Source of the DNA: Epiperipatus broadwayi
Taxonomy: Eukaryota; Animalia; Onychophora
DNA: 64,000 bases
Assembly: GCA_028023455.1 (NCBI GenBank)
Contig: JAQFVV010000002.1
Span: 12,958,001 to 13,022,000, forward strand
Reading direction: 5' to 3'
Position numbers and translations under genes: made by a program. The notes beneath the pieces are model-generated. The model had not been told where the DNA came from. It saw only the letters and a program-made list of their open reading frames with translations, and ran no database searches. This document shows, piece by piece, positions 40,771 to 54,856 of the stretch (position 1 is the first letter of the stretch; each line of letters starts with the position of its first letter).

Positions 40771-43700
40771 GTTAAATTGTTGGAAATAATTCAATATATA
40801 ATTACAAATAAACTCCCATCATCACAAACAGTCAGAAAAAACAATATGCATATGTAATCAAAACAATATCTTTATGTAGGAAAATTATAATGAATGTAAA
40901 AACTGAGAAAAACTTGAATTCAGATGGAGGAAATTATCTAATTAGTAAATATATATATATATAAAAATGTTGATAGAAGATCAATCCAAGATCAGGCCAA
41001 AGATAAATTGTCAATGTTATTTTAAAATTTATATGAAAGAATTATGAAAAATTATAAGTAGATTTTAGAAAAATGAGTAATTATAATAGATGCAATCTGA
41101 ATTTATTAAGAAAAAATTATTATTTATAATTTATATAAAAACATCACACTATATAAATAAAAAATATTTACATATGTTTAACTTTCTATCTAATAATGAC
41201 GTATTGTAAATTGTTAAAATTTCATAACTGTCATTAATTAAATCATATGACTAGTAATTTAAAGTGATTAATTAAAATCTTCATGCTCTCAATTCCAAAT
41301 GCTTCAACTTTGCCCATACATATAGCTTGGGTGAAAAAAGATAGAGTGCCCATTCTATCTTTTAAAAAGACTTTATCTTATGTTTGAAAAGGAGAGTATT
41401 CAGTTTAAATAGTGTTCCATCTGTGGCTAAAGTGCACGTGCCATGGTTTAAGCTACGTTATTATTTATAATTTAAGAAAAAAATGTAAAAGAAGAAATAC
41501 CTCTGGAAATGTATCTCAACTTCAAAAAAAATTTAAAAATTAAAATTTAAAAAATGGTGATCATGTGATGTTTGGTGGTTTAATTTCAAATAAAGTGAAA
41601 GGGGCTCACTAAAATTGATTGGTGTAAGATTCTGAGACACAACAAAATTTGAATATAATTGATATTAGGGTATGATAATGAACAAAAAATAAATGAAATG
41701 AAAACAAAGTACTCAAATAAATAAAAATACTTATAGTAAAAAAATTGTAAAAAGAAGGAATATAAAGCTGGATCAGCCAAAGAATCATGCAGTATTTTAA
41801 GAGTTGACCCAATGAATGCTTTCATTAGATTTAAGTAATCAAATTAAATATTGATATTTCTTTCTCAAAATGAAAGATGTAAGAAGAATGTATATCTTAA
41901 AATTGGCATTCAAATGATATTAACAAAGAAAAAATATGAAATGGGAACACAAAGATTGAGTAAGTAGGAAAAATAATGTAATTTTAGAATAAATAAAAAA
42001 TATAAAAATCAATGCAAAATAGAAAAATTAATAAAAAAAGTTTAAATAAAAGCTACTAATAATAATAAGATAGCATCTTACTTACTAAAAACCATTATCA
42101 TGGAATGAAGTCAAAAATTGTTGGAAATGTATAAAATAATTTTAAAATTTTTAAGGCTTCTCACCAAGTTAAATCTTTCTATGGAGTGTATAACTTTTCT
42201 AAAATATTATATCTGACAAGCTTGAGTTAGATTAGAAAATCTTTATATGACTAATTAAAAAGAAATAAAATGTATTCTACCATGAAGTATTTAATAAAAT
42301 TAATACCATGTAGAAATTTGTTCAACAAAAATATCTACATTTATTTGAGCTATCATTCTTAGATATGTTTTGGAGTGTTTGGAAAAAACAGTATAAAAAC
42401 TATTTATATACAACTGAATTCTGCAGAGGGGCTCTGAATAAAATGAAAATAGAGTATTTCACATTAGAAAGGAATGTTCTGACTATTCTGGAGAGTTTAA
42501 TATTCTTTATGGAAAACTAGTCAAATTAGAATCTAACCATCTACATTTGAGTCACACTGGAAAACTAAAAGATAAGCTTGCTTTTATGTTGAAATAGAAT
42601 CTCATGTTGTAAAATGATAATTTAAAATGTTTATGTGGCTAATCAAAAAACTGTAGTTGGAAATATTGTTTCATATCAACCTAATTCTAAAACAATAGAA
42701 AATACTTCTATAATAAGATTGGAAAATGGGGAACAAACAAATGAAAGATATGGAAGATATTAAAGTAGTCAAATGAATAAAATATGAAAGAAATAAATAT
42801 TTTTTTAAAAATCAAGGTATTATAGATAATAAAAAAAAACAGCTCTAACATGTGTGTAATATGGTATCTAAAATTTTAAGACTAAGATGAGTAAGTGTGA
42901 ATATTCAAATAAAAAAGCAAGCATTTTGTATAGAATAAAACTTTTGGCATAATGAAGAATATAAAAGATGTAACACTTCTAAAGAATCAAAAGATGAGTT
43001 TTCCTAACAGTGCTAGAGATAAAGTATTTAATGCTTAAAAAATTAACTTAAAAGATTTTTATTGATGTAATCATTTTTCTCATACCAGAAGGGGAAATAA
43101 AAATATATGATTATCTGAAAGTTACTTGAAGTTATATGTTAAACTATCACTATCATCTAGTTGAATTGTTAAATCCTTTTATAGAAATTTAAACTTTATT
43201 GACATTTTTCTAAATACATCCAATTGTTAATAATAGTATGTTAATATTACTAGTTTGATCTATTTGGAAAGTAATAAAGTTTGCATTTGTAAAGAAACGT
43301 TTAACAATTCAAAAGATGGTGGAAGTAATTTAACATATAGTTACAAATATCTTTATACGCATTTCTAATCAGCCATTCCAATTGTAAATTTAAAAAAAAA
43401 AAAAAAAACATCCTGACTAGATCTATTATCAAGAAAATTTTATATGAGTTACTTAGGATTCATGAATTTTATATATTCTAAAATTAACTAGAAGTTGTGA
43501 TAATTAAATTTGTAAAGCGCATACTCGTTATGTAAAGTGCGCCTGAAAAACGACAGAAGGGATCTCTGCAAATCTTTAAAACAAGAGAATTTTACAATAT
43601 TGTAGAGAAATTGAATGAGAAACTATCAGAAATGTTAAGTGAATTCATTTTTAGTTACCAATACTTTGCATAAATTGTTACTTTGAAACTTTTTATGTTC

Positions 43701-44648
43701 TTCAATGGTTTTTTGGACAATTTTTGCTACAATGTTTAACAATTGTAGTACTGTATTCTATAATTTTTATCACACCGTAATTTTTTTTACTTTTTTATAT
43801 ATTGAAGTATACAACTAAAAACGTATGTGTGAACTCAAGTAAATTATATATAATTTTTTTTCTACAAAATATCATTTAATTAAATAACATGTTTACAGAT
43901 AATTAAACCAAAATTAATATTTTAACGAAGTCTGTTCATTTTTATATATATTTTCTATTTAAGATTAACACAATAACTTTGATTTCCTCTCCTCCCCAAC
44001 TTGGTTTTTAACATTTAACCTACACGTTTGATCTTTTGTTTTTGATTAGTTGAAGTTAAAGGATTATATGGCATGTAATGAATGACATTTAGGAATTGTA
44101 ACTTCACAATAAACTACTGAATAAAATTATTAATTAAAAACAATATTTTATTACATCTGTTTATACTGAATGTACATGTAATCAAACAATCAAGTTCAAT
44201 GTTTAATCATTTAAAATTTTGGAACTAATTCTTCTAGAATAAATTTCAAATTTAATGATAATGTTGTAAATTAAAAAAATTTTAAACTGTAGTAAAATAT
44301 AAAAAAAAAACTTCCACAAATGTATGTAGACAATTAATATATAATATAGCAATAAACTTCAAAATATTGCTGTTAAGCTTGATCAAAGCTAGACTATAAA
44401 TTATTATAACAAACTGAAATATATATATATACCCATTGCAGAATGAAACACTAGTTTTTGTTAAGAAGAATATTAGTGGCTGTAACATTAAAGGAATTTT
44501 TTGAATTAATTATATGCCAATCTTTTTTTATTTTATGTTTATTATTATTTCTTCTTGATAAATAAATTACAGCATCAGCAGATTTAAACAAAGGAATGAC
44601 TTTTTTTCATGTTCAAAAAATATGCAATTGTATGCACTATTGTGAATC

Positions 44649-44988
44649 TCCATAATATCAGCATTACAAATCTGGTAATACATGGCATAAATCAACTATA
44701 TTTTATTATTATGTTCAAGCTTATCCTTAAAATTGTTAATTAAAGATAATAAAACATAAAAAGTTTATATTAAACTCTATTTATAATAGAATTTCTTTTT
44801 CAGTGTAAATTAAATGTCTAGAATGCATCATTAATAGACATTTTATCACTTGTATTTCATATTTTTTATTTGATTACCATATTTAAATAAATTAATTAAC
44901 AATTATGAGAATATGCTTGAAAATAATGATAAAATATAGTTTGTTTAGTCATGTATTACCAGATTTGTAATGCTAAATTATTATGGGA
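44649..44988. mobile_element. Foldback/MITE-like element with about 95-bp diverged inverted arms
   Basis: TCCCATAATATCAGCATTACAAATCTGGTAATACATG versus CATGTATTACCAGATTTGTAATGCTAAATTATTATGGGA. Pairing continues to about 44743/44892. No clear TSD. Confidence 0.65.
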
Positions 44989-45038
44989 AAATATGAGACA
45001 ATTTAAAATCAAAAATTATACAGAATGTTCATTTACAT

Positions 45039-45357
45039 CAGGGGTCACCAAACTTTTTTGATCATAGACCCCTATATAATTTTTCTAAATCTCCATCGAC
45101 CCCCAAAAAAGTAATTTTCAGTTAATTAAAATAAAACTATCTATTAGGTACTGTGTTTGTACATTTATTTTATGATTTTAAACATTTATTAAAGTAATTT
45201 TACATTGTGTAACAATAGTTTTATGAAAAATATGTGTGATTTGCGTATTAAAAATTGTTTTTCCTTCAACCCCCAATCGACCCCCTGGCTCAGATCGCCC
45301 CCTACTTTTGTTAAATAGACCCCTGGGGGTCTATATAGACCACTTTGGCGACCTCTG
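45039..45357. mobile_element. hAT (Buster/Charlie-type) MITE, 319 bp
   Basis: TIRs CAGGGGTCACCAAA and TTTGGCGACCTCTG. 8-bp TSD ATTTACAT at 45031-45038 and 45358-45365 with central TA. Repeated AT(A/C)GACCCC subterminal motifs. Confidence 0.9.
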
Positions 45358-47304
45358 ATTTACATAGTAAAGCTAAAAGCAATAATGTATACAATTCTAT
45401 ACTTTTTGAATATGAGAAGAAAACTGATCATTTATTGAAATCTGCATAAAGAAAAATAATGAAAAATGTAAAATAAAAGGTTAGCATATAATTAATTTTA
45501 CAAATTCTATTATTATAAGAACCAGTAACATTTTTAAAACAAGAACTGATGTTTCAATTTAGGTAGGGTATGTAATTAATTCATAAAATTCACTTAATGT
45601 TAGAGCCAATAAAATTCCTCTTAACAAAATTTAATGTTCCAATTTAAGCTTACTGCAATTAAATAACAATATCACAAAATATCAAATAAAGAGAATAAAT
45701 GACCAGCTTGTTGAATATATGGATATATTAGTGTTTCATGGATTGGTTTGTATAGCCATTCGAAAATTTATCTTTAGGGTACTATTACTATTATTCTTTT
45801 CACCTCGGAGTTGGAATGACCATAGTCATTTGCAAATACTGATGATGATAATAACTGTAAATAAATACTTTTAATTTCTTTTAGTGTTTTTTTTAATCCA
45901 GTTTTTTTATAAAAAAAACTGTTTTGTAAATCTTATACTATTTTAATTTTAAAATTTAATAAAAGTCTGTGTACATTTAGAAATCAATCTTTTTTTTTAA
46001 GCTTAGATAAAAAGTTGTTGCCAAATGTTTTTTTTATATAAGCAATGTATGCAAATACATTATATAAATGGTGAATTAGTAAAATGTGAATTGCAAGAAT
46101 TTTTGTAAAATAAAATTCTTGTAGTTAAAAGATAATTTAAAATAATATAATTCTCATCATTAAGTTGATAATAACTCTGATATTTTAATAAATAGAATTT
46201 ATAATATTCTCAAGAATGGTCAGGTTCTTTGGAGCATAATAGAATATTTCTGTCTTATTGCTGGATATCTTATTGTTGTAGTTTCCCCCTCACCAACATA
46301 TTTCTAAATATTACAAAATTTTTAATAAATTCTATAAGTTACAATGCAAACGAAGTCAAATGACTTCAATTTGGATAAACAATCAAAAATGTCCTAATTT
46401 TTATTAAATGATGTAATAATGTATATTGAATTATTATAATGTAGAGATACATTTTTTAAAAATTTAATATGGACATGGATTAAATAATGTATTACTGCTA
46501 TGTATAAATGTATTGCACATATCATTTATATATAGATAGATATATCAGTTTACATTATCTAAATTGCAAGGGCTTTTTAAACTTTGTGATGTAGCTCTAA
46601 AATTGAGACACTAGCTAACTAATGTTAAGAAGATAGTTTCTAATTACTTTATTTATCTTTAAGTAATATATATTAAGGCTATAACCTTAAAACTATGCAC
46701 CTAAAATGTGACAGTAGGGACCTCTACAAATCTAAACACAAGATTAACGACTTTAAAAGACAAGACAAGAGCGGCATCATCTCTCATCTTAGACCTAATT
46801 TCTAAATATATAGGTGAATCTAAAGCATTTTGATTTGAGAGTGTGAAGCTATTAACTACACTGATTAAGTCCACAATTTCTATACAAACAAACATATGCG
46901 AAATCTTTCGATTTACAACGAGTCAGTATGAAGTTCTTATAATTAGAAATCTTTTAAAACAATTTAAAGTTGTAATTAATAATTTGTACAGCACATATTC
47001 ATTACTAACTAATATATATTGAGGTTATTGTGGAAGTGAACTTAAAATGACAATATTGTATTTACTTCAACAAAAATCAATAAATTAAAAATTAACTGTG
47101 ATAAAACACAGTTGCTGAAGCTTTAAACATAAAATTATAACAATAACATTGAGTGCTTTCGGGGGACTTAAGCCTCCATAATCATAGTTCAATACAAAAT
47201 AAATACAAAATATAAACACTTATTCACAAGCAAAATGCGTATCTCAAATAAAATGTAAACTAAATCTAAATAAATAAATAAAATACAATATAAATAAATA
47301 AATA

Positions 47305-47813
47305 TTATAACGTCCATATTTTAGAAATATTAAAACAAGAATCCTTTCTATTAATAGCATTGGGATTACCAGCTACAAAACAAGCTTCTTTAATCTTACG
47401 CTTTACGTCATTCTTCTCCGTACACACTAATTTTGCCTCTACTGGTTGACATAAGTGTCCAGCTTTATTTTCATATTCCACAAACACTGAATTTCCCAAA
47501 AATTTAGTTTTAGTACGATGATATAAATATTTATGCTGTGAAACTCTATTTAAAATATTGGTTTTAGTTTCACCATAATAAATACAACCACAATCTTTAT
47601 GAGGACAAGAAACACTATAAACCACATGCTGAGTTAAATTAGATTCAATTTTAAATTTTGAATTGTTAATCAATCTATTCGTATTTGGAGGTGAATGAAA
47701 AATTACTTGAAAATCTGGAGATAACTTATTAATTAACTGTTTTGCAATAGAATGAATAAATGGTAAAACTATACGAGGTTTTTCAATCTTGTCAGGTGTA
47801 AACTGCAAATTAT
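47305..47813 (-). CDS. 5'-truncated PLE ORF: GIY-YIG endonuclease C-terminus (open frame, no native start)
   Basis: VVYSVSCPHKDCGCIYYGETKTNILNRVSQH ... RKIKEACFV..NPNAINRKD matches the PLE GIY-YIG pattern. The ORF-track N-terminus (to 47940) is only antisense spacer. Confidence 0.85.
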
Positions 47814-48423
47814 TTGAGGCACATAGGAAAGAAAATCTTATTTGTTTTATTGAGGACTTAGTCAAACTTGGACATAAACGTTCAATTATCAACAATAGAG
47901 TTGTAAAATTTTTACATAATTTGCAGTTTAAACCTGACAAGATTGAAAAACCTCGTATAGTTTTACCATTTATTCATTCTATTGCAAAACAGTTAATTAA
48001 CAAGTTATCTCCAGATTTTCAAGTAATTTTTCATTCATCTCCAAATATGAATAGATTGATTAACAATTCAAAATTTAAAATTGAATCTAATTTAACTCAG
48101 CATGTGATTTATAGTGTTTCTTGTCCTCATAAAGATTGTGGTTGTATTTATTATGGTGAAATTAAAACCAATATTTTAAATAGAGTTTCACAGCATAAAT
48201 TTTTATATCATCTACTAAAACTAAATTTTTGGGAAATTCAGTGTTTGTGGAACATGAAAATAAGGCTGGACACTTATGTCAACCAGTAGAGGCAAAATTA
48301 GTGTGTACGGAGAAGAATGACGTAAAGCGTAAGATTAAAGAAGCTTGTTTTATAGCTGGTAATCCCAATGCTATTAATAGAAAGGATTCTTGTTTTAATA
48401 TTTCTAAAATATTGACGTTATAA
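47814..48423 (+). pseudogene. PLE thumb + GIY-YIG fragment with a 1-nt frameshift
   Basis: ENLICFIEDLVKLGHKRSII (thumb-like), then the same endonuclease. CATCTACT versus CATCGTACT in the other arm gives a frameshift near 48212, splitting ORFs 47789..48289 and 48229..48423. Confidence 0.85.
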
Positions 48424-48538
48424 TATTTATTTATTTATATTGTATTTTATTTATTTATTTAGATTTAGTTTACATTTTATTTGAGATACGCATTTTGCTT
48501 GTAAATAAGTGTTTATATTTTGTATTTATTTTGTATTG

Positions 48539-48581
48539 AGCTATGATTATGGAGGCTTAAGTCCCCCGAAAGCGCTCAGCT
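48539..48581 (+). ncRNA. Hammerhead variant with A3-U8 core pair in the PLE 3' region (family E)
   Basis: AGCU-AUGAUUA-U-GGAGGC UUAA GUCCCCC-GAAA-GCGC-UC-AGCU, about 115 nt after the ORF stop. The mirror copy at 47147-47189 (-) is damaged in stems I and III. Confidence 0.7.
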
Positions 48582-50577
48582 TTATTGTTATAATTTTTAT
48601 GTTTAAAGCTTCAGCAACTGTGTTTTATCACAGTTAATTTTTAATATTGTATTAAAACTTTCTAGTTGTTTTTTTTATTATTAAGAAATAGAAAAATAAA
48701 ACATAGATTAAAAATTATATTGACTAATTTCTGATTATCAATAAAACTTTAGAGCATTGAACGAAAAGTTTGAGTAAAATGCCCATCATCATTTAATTTA
48801 TGTTGCGTCCAGGTTTCTGTAAATAGTTTCTCTGGCGCTAGTTGTTATTCTGGTTTTTTTTTTTGTTGTTTATATAAAATCTAATAATGTTTAACTTAAT
48901 CTAATTCTATTCACTTTTAAAAATGTCATATGCAATAATTAATTGTAAGATGATACTTTTCTAATTACTAATATTTTTCCCCCCTCTCTTTGATAAATAA
49001 TAGTGTATTTATAAAATAAAAAATAATTGTTTGTTTAAAGTAACTTTATATAAAAAGGCTATTTTCAAGAGTCTCAACTTCATAAAAAGATCAGTGCAAC
49101 CCAAATAGACTAGAAAGATAAAGACATATTTCTTAGAAATAATACAGTAGTCGCATCAGTACTATCAATTTTGGAAGTGCAAAAAATATTCTTCTATTAT
49201 ATAGCTAAATGGCAATTGCTATTTTGAAATAAAAATACTTTAACGTAATCTTAATCAGCAACGATCATGTGACTATTCCCACTTTATATTGCACTATTTG
49301 TTTCAAAAATAACAATTATAATTTTTTTAGTAGAAAGACCATGATTTTAATATCTTTTGCATTTTCCAAAATAGACTGTATATAATGTAGCACTGGTATA
49401 AGGGTATTATCTATAAGGAATATGTGTTTTATGATCCGAGCCCGACTAATGAAGAAATGTAGTAAGAGAATTTATTTTTTTCTATACTGTATGACTCTAA
49501 GAAACAGCCTTTTATAGAAGGCTATTTTGTCTTTGTAGCACAATTAACATTATTAAATAATATTCTTCCAACTTATATATGTTTTAGTGTATAAACCTCT
49601 ATTTTATAAATATATATGCCTTGCAAGTTTTAAATAAAAAGATCTTTTTCTTTTTTCTTTTTTTGTTAATAACACTGCTTTATTTATTCCAAACAAAATT
49701 AATAGGCTTATCTTAGAGTTTTAAAAATCCTAATGTTGAATCTCAATTTGAAACACTTCTTCATCCCACTTGAGTCCTTGAAAGTGTCACAGCAATCTGT
49801 AGAATTTTAACATCTCAAGAAAGACTTTAAAATTTATCTAGAGCATCTGTTAATATTGTCTTTCCTATAAGTGTCTGTAGAATTTATTTTGCGTTTTATT
49901 CTCTGTTTTATAAAAATGCGTTAATTTTTTTTGGTAAAAAGTAAATAATTTGTTAATAAAATAAGAATATGAATTTCTTTAAAAAATATGAAACATATTT
50001 AACAATTATAAAAATCTCAAACGATAATTAGTGTTTGTGAGATGCTTTTGGAAGCATTTAAACACAGCGTTTTATTTATAATTGGACAGTTTCTTATTTG
50101 ATAAAGATAATATTTACTTGAATCACATCTTATAAACAATATTACTTCATAATGCAAAATTTTACAAAATATTGTAATGAACAAAAAATAATATTTCAGA
50201 ACATTTACGCACAGATATTTTTATTATGTTTGCTTACATACACAACATTTTATAGGCATGAAAACATGAGAGTATAAAAATATTTTTATCATTATTACTT
50301 ACTAAGTGGCATTGACTCCTAACTAAACATTTTATTTTAATGGCATATCATCTGATTGGATTTTAGCTCCTCAGTGGGTATTCATTTATTCTGGTGATGG
50401 AAGCTATATGTTTTATTCTTGAGAAAGTTAATCAAATCATCTTTCTAAGCAATATATATTGTTAAATAAATAAATTATTTTCAAATATGATTAACATAAG
50501 ATAATATTTCTTCTTAGTATATATATATATATATTCATATTATTAGCAATAGCAAATTCTATGATAATATTTGAAGT

Positions 50578-50578
<1 letters not shown>

Positions 50579-50656
<78 letters not shown>

Positions 50657-51055
50657 GTAGGTAGGTAGGTAGGTAGGTAGGTAGGTAGGTAGGTAGGTAG
50701 GTAGGTAGGTAGGTAGGTAGGTAGGTAGGTAGGTAGGTAGGTAGGTAGGTAGGTAGGTAGGTAGGTAGGTAGGTAGGTAGGTAGGTAGGTAGGTAGGTAG
50801 GTAGGTAGGTAGGTAGGTAGGTAGGTAGGTAGGTAGGTAGGTAGGTAGGTAGGTAGGTAGGTAGGTAGGTAGGTAGGTAGGTAGGTAGGTAGGTAGGTAG
50901 GTAGGTAGGTAGGTAGGTAGGTAGGTAGGTAGGTAGGTAGGTAGGTAGGTAGGTAGGTAGGTAGGTAGGTAGGTAGGTGGGTGGGTGGATGGATGGAGGG
51001 AGAGAGGGATGGACGGATAGATAGACAATCCGACAGACAGACAACTAGTCAGACA
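50579..51055. repeat. Compound tetranucleotide microsatellite: (AGAT)n, (AGGT)n, then degenerate GGAT/AGAC
   Basis: Direct reading. Accounts for the LPTY-repeat ORFs. Confidence 0.97.
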
Positions 51056-52272
51056 GATAAATAGATCAGCTTTACAAATACTTTTACTGATAATGCGGTA
51101 GCCTTTTTGTCTAACTGATCAGCAAATGTAAAATGGCTGTTTTCTTATGCTATTGCATAATTTGTAGAGATGATGTTTGACAAAAAGTATTACAACAATC
51201 TCTTTCATTGTTGCTAAATGCTAAACATCACGCGAAGTGATAATGTTTACTCATTTTCAAATCATTTTTAATTAATAATTTATAGTTGAATATGGAATAA
51301 GTAATCAATACATTTTAAATTTATATGCAAAAAAATAAAATTACCAACTTTCCAAATGTTGTTAATATCAAGGATTTTTTTATCAAGTAATACATCAAAA
51401 GTAAAATGATCGTTTATACCTGCTACATCTTATGTTATAGAGATGTCAAGTTTGAGAAATGATATTAATTAGGCCAAATCTCAAATCAAACATAGATGTA
51501 AAATAGCCTCTTTCAATAAGGCAAACAATAAATTATACAAGATATAGAGATAATTCACTAAATGGAGATAATTTCTATTCATTTTAAAATCTTATAAATT
51601 AAATCACAATGGATTAAATTAGTATAAAATACTTTTAGTGGGCATGTTTATAATAAAAAAAGATATCCAGTAAAATGATGTAATAAAAAGTAGTACACTA
51701 ATTTAAGAGATAATCATATTAGTCTGATTACAGCATCTCTGCAATGTATTTTTCAGGCTTAAACACAATTAGCCTTACTTTTTAAAGCCCTAGAAGAGAG
51801 TGTATCACTTTTTAAAAGTTCCAATTGCAACATGTTGCTTAGCAACAGCAGTCTTTTTTTTTTTTTGGCATAAAAGAAAATTTTCTCTTATTTACTTATG
51901 TTACATTTCATAGCTCTTTTTATGTAACAACTGTTAATTTGTGAAGCAAAACTTTATATATTTTGTGTCATGATTATTGTCTTAATAAACATAAACGTGT
52001 TTGTGTTTATTTAACTGCATTTTCTAGCTGCAAAACTTATGCAATAGGCTTGAAGATCTGAAGTAACAACCTGATTTCTGACTTGTACAATTGGTGAAAG
52101 TTTATGATTCAAGAGTTAAAGTTTTTTCAATTTACTGCATGCCCAAGAAAATTTTAAAAAGTCTCAGTTTGATTAACTACCTGTAACTTTAGTGCTTGAA
52201 TGTCTCATGACTTTTCTTGCATACAGCTTGATTTTATTTATTTAAAAAGCTTTTTGGACTGGTAAATATCTT

Positions 52273-52675
52273 GGACACTTAATATAAGAGCAATGTAGAG
52301 ATTTCAGATCACTCAAAGATGTATGGAGAGATGCATGTTAGGAGTATCAAGAAGAGATCGAAAACACAATATATGGGTAAGAGAACAAACAGATGTTACT
52401 GACGTCATTGAAAAAAATTAAAAGACTGAAGTGGAGTTGGGCTGCACATATTGCTAGAAGAGATGATAATATATGGACAATTGAAATCTTAAACTGGATT
52501 CCAAAAATGTAAAAGACCCAGAAAGAGACCACATGTGAGATGGTATGGATGAAATAAGAAAGTATTCAGGGGTGATGTGAAGAAGAGAAGCTAAAGATTG
52601 GAAAATATGGATTGAACTTGGAGAGACCTTCATCCTGCAGTGGATTGATAATGGTTGATGATAATGATGATGATG
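52273..52675 (+). mobile_element. RTE-clade LINE 3' end (5'-truncated, decayed)
   Basis: Translates as WTL..FQITQRCMERCMLGVSRRDR..LKWSWAAHIARRDDN.WT..IL.WIP..ETFILQW. (TGA)n tail. 9-bp TSD AAATATCTT at 52264-52272 and 52676-52684. Confidence 0.9.
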
Positions 52676-54063
52676 AAATATCTTAAACTGCACTGTGACG
52701 TTTTTGATTTTTTTCCCTTTCAAACTAGTACTGAAGTCTTAATTATTTTACCTATTTTCATTATCACCTATAGTGATTAGTTCATCACCTCAGTAAATTA
52801 TTTAATATTGATTAACATATTGATTACATTAAACATTTTTTTTATAATTTTTATTTTTTAATAAATAACATTTTTAATAAGAAATTTAAACTATAAGGAT
52901 TATCGATAATGATTATTAAAGCTCTATCTATTGATGAATCATGAAAATTAATATTAAGACATTAATAAAAGTACCAGAGTAGCAGATGAAAGACAAGTCG
53001 TTAATTTGAATACAATACTTGCATCTCTAATAGTCAATAACAACAAAAATAATTGATTTGTTAAAAATCACAAATGTTAAAATGGCATTTATAATAAACA
53101 AACACAATTGAGAATTAAATCACTGTTTTTAAATCTGAAGAAAAGAATGCTAAAGTCTTTTGCATGGTCTAAAATTAAGTAGATTGTAAAGAAATATGGA
53201 AGCCCTATAATTTACTCAAATCAAAATAACTCTTCTGAAACAAATCAGAAATAGAAGATTCAAATGATATTCATGAAAAAAAAAGAATGGACAGAAAGCA
53301 AAGAATACAACCTTTATGTAATATAGTGACACAATTAAATGAAAGACCAGAAAATAAAATAGTACAATGAATTTAAGAATTAAGAAAAAAAATAGAAAAT
53401 TTGATAATGAATTCTTCAAGATTCATTATTCATTCTACAATCCTTATTCATATTGAAGTTAAAATGATAGGATTTGCCTTTTTTCTATATTATGTTGAAT
53501 AACTTATTGATAAATTGTTGCCTGATAATTTCATCACTAGTTTTTTCATGCATACCTTTTTGTGATAATCAAAAGGTTTTGTATTAGCTTTTGTATTTTT
53601 TTTCATAATAAATAAAACAAATAATAATAAAAGCTGATTTACTTTAAATAAAGATGAACTAAAATGACTGACAAAATTGAAATTTTAGAATAGAAAAATT
53701 ACTTATAAAAGATCTTTCGGTCATACTAATTTAATTTTGCTTAATTAAATTAGATTAGGTTTTATTATTTTTCTTATTTGTTTGAAGTAAATTTTCTTTT
53801 TGTGCATGTATGTGTTCATAACATTAGTGTGTGAATCCAGAACACTATTGCCCTTGCATTTTAAAACAAAATTAAATTTATGTACTACTACTACCGCTAC
53901 CACTGCTTCTGTTGCTACTACTATTATTATTGTTATTAATATTATTATTGTTGTTATTATTATTCAAATTTTTTTCTTTTAACAATGCATTTTATTATTC
54001 AATATAAAATTAAATATTTGCTATTAACTTTTATTTTTTGCAATATATAAAATTTTGCTAATG

Positions 54064-54100
54064 TCTGATGTTTTGATTGCATAACAATCTTCTTCAGAAA
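54064..54100 (-). ncRNA. Decayed solitary hammerhead (G12A)
   Basis: UUU-CUGAAGA-A-GAUUG UUAUG CAAUC-AAAA-CA-UC-AGA. Confidence 0.5.
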
Positions 54101-54856
54101 TTCTTTTTTTTTTTTTGCAATGTGTAATTTTTTCTTTATTAAATAAAAGAAGAAAGATATCTGAAAAATATTACTAGCAATTTGAATGTCAGAAATTAAT
54201 AAATTTTACATATTGTAAAAAATATATGGTAATATTTAATATTATATTGAGAACATTATTTTCAGTAAAGTAAGTGTCTTGAGATTAATATCTCGGCTTG
54301 AATGAAAATTTTCTTTGACTGCATTAACCATATGCTGTCCTATTAGAGGAGTTTTGTACTTTTAACCTTCCTCTGCTTAATTCAGAAATATGAAGTTTAT
54401 GCATATGCACTCATTAACAATTAAATAATAATGATTAAAAAGAATTGATAAATTGTATTTGACTTTTCATATGACCTGGATATTTTATCACATGAGGTTC
54501 ATTAGTTTTATAGAATAAGATAAAAACTAATCATGAAATAATAATGAATACTCAGAATTAGGAGATTTTTTTAATATGTAACAAAAGATTATTTAATTTA
54601 GTATTCTGCACATTTTTGTGTTGATAAGAAAATGTTTTTAACAAAAAATAAATGAAGTTGAACTGTAACAAAAAACTAATTCATAGTAGTCATTGGTATT
54701 CGATTGCCAGTGGGTAGGCATGCAACAAAACAAACTGTTTTACTAAATAGATTACGGACTCATTAAGAATGTCATTGCAAAAATTTTGAAAGATAAAATC
54801 TAAAGGTGCGAGTTCAACTTCTAAGCGAATATTGTAACTGTGCATATAGGTCAGCA

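Larger units (their letters stand above)
47063..48642. mobile_element. Penelope-like element 3' fragment as an asymmetric palindrome
   Basis: Arms 47085-47813 and 47916-48644. Spacer 47814-47915 is coding on the plus strand. Tail 47063-47084. 11-bp TSD AATATTGTATT at 47052-47062 and 48643-48653. Confidence 0.95.

Noticed and set aside
50543-51044. 161-aa LPTY-repeat ORFs
   Set aside because: Translation of a microsatellite.
53701-53730. Minus-strand CGAAA-GAUC-UU with a palindromic stem III
   Set aside because: No stem II partner or CUGANGA upstream.
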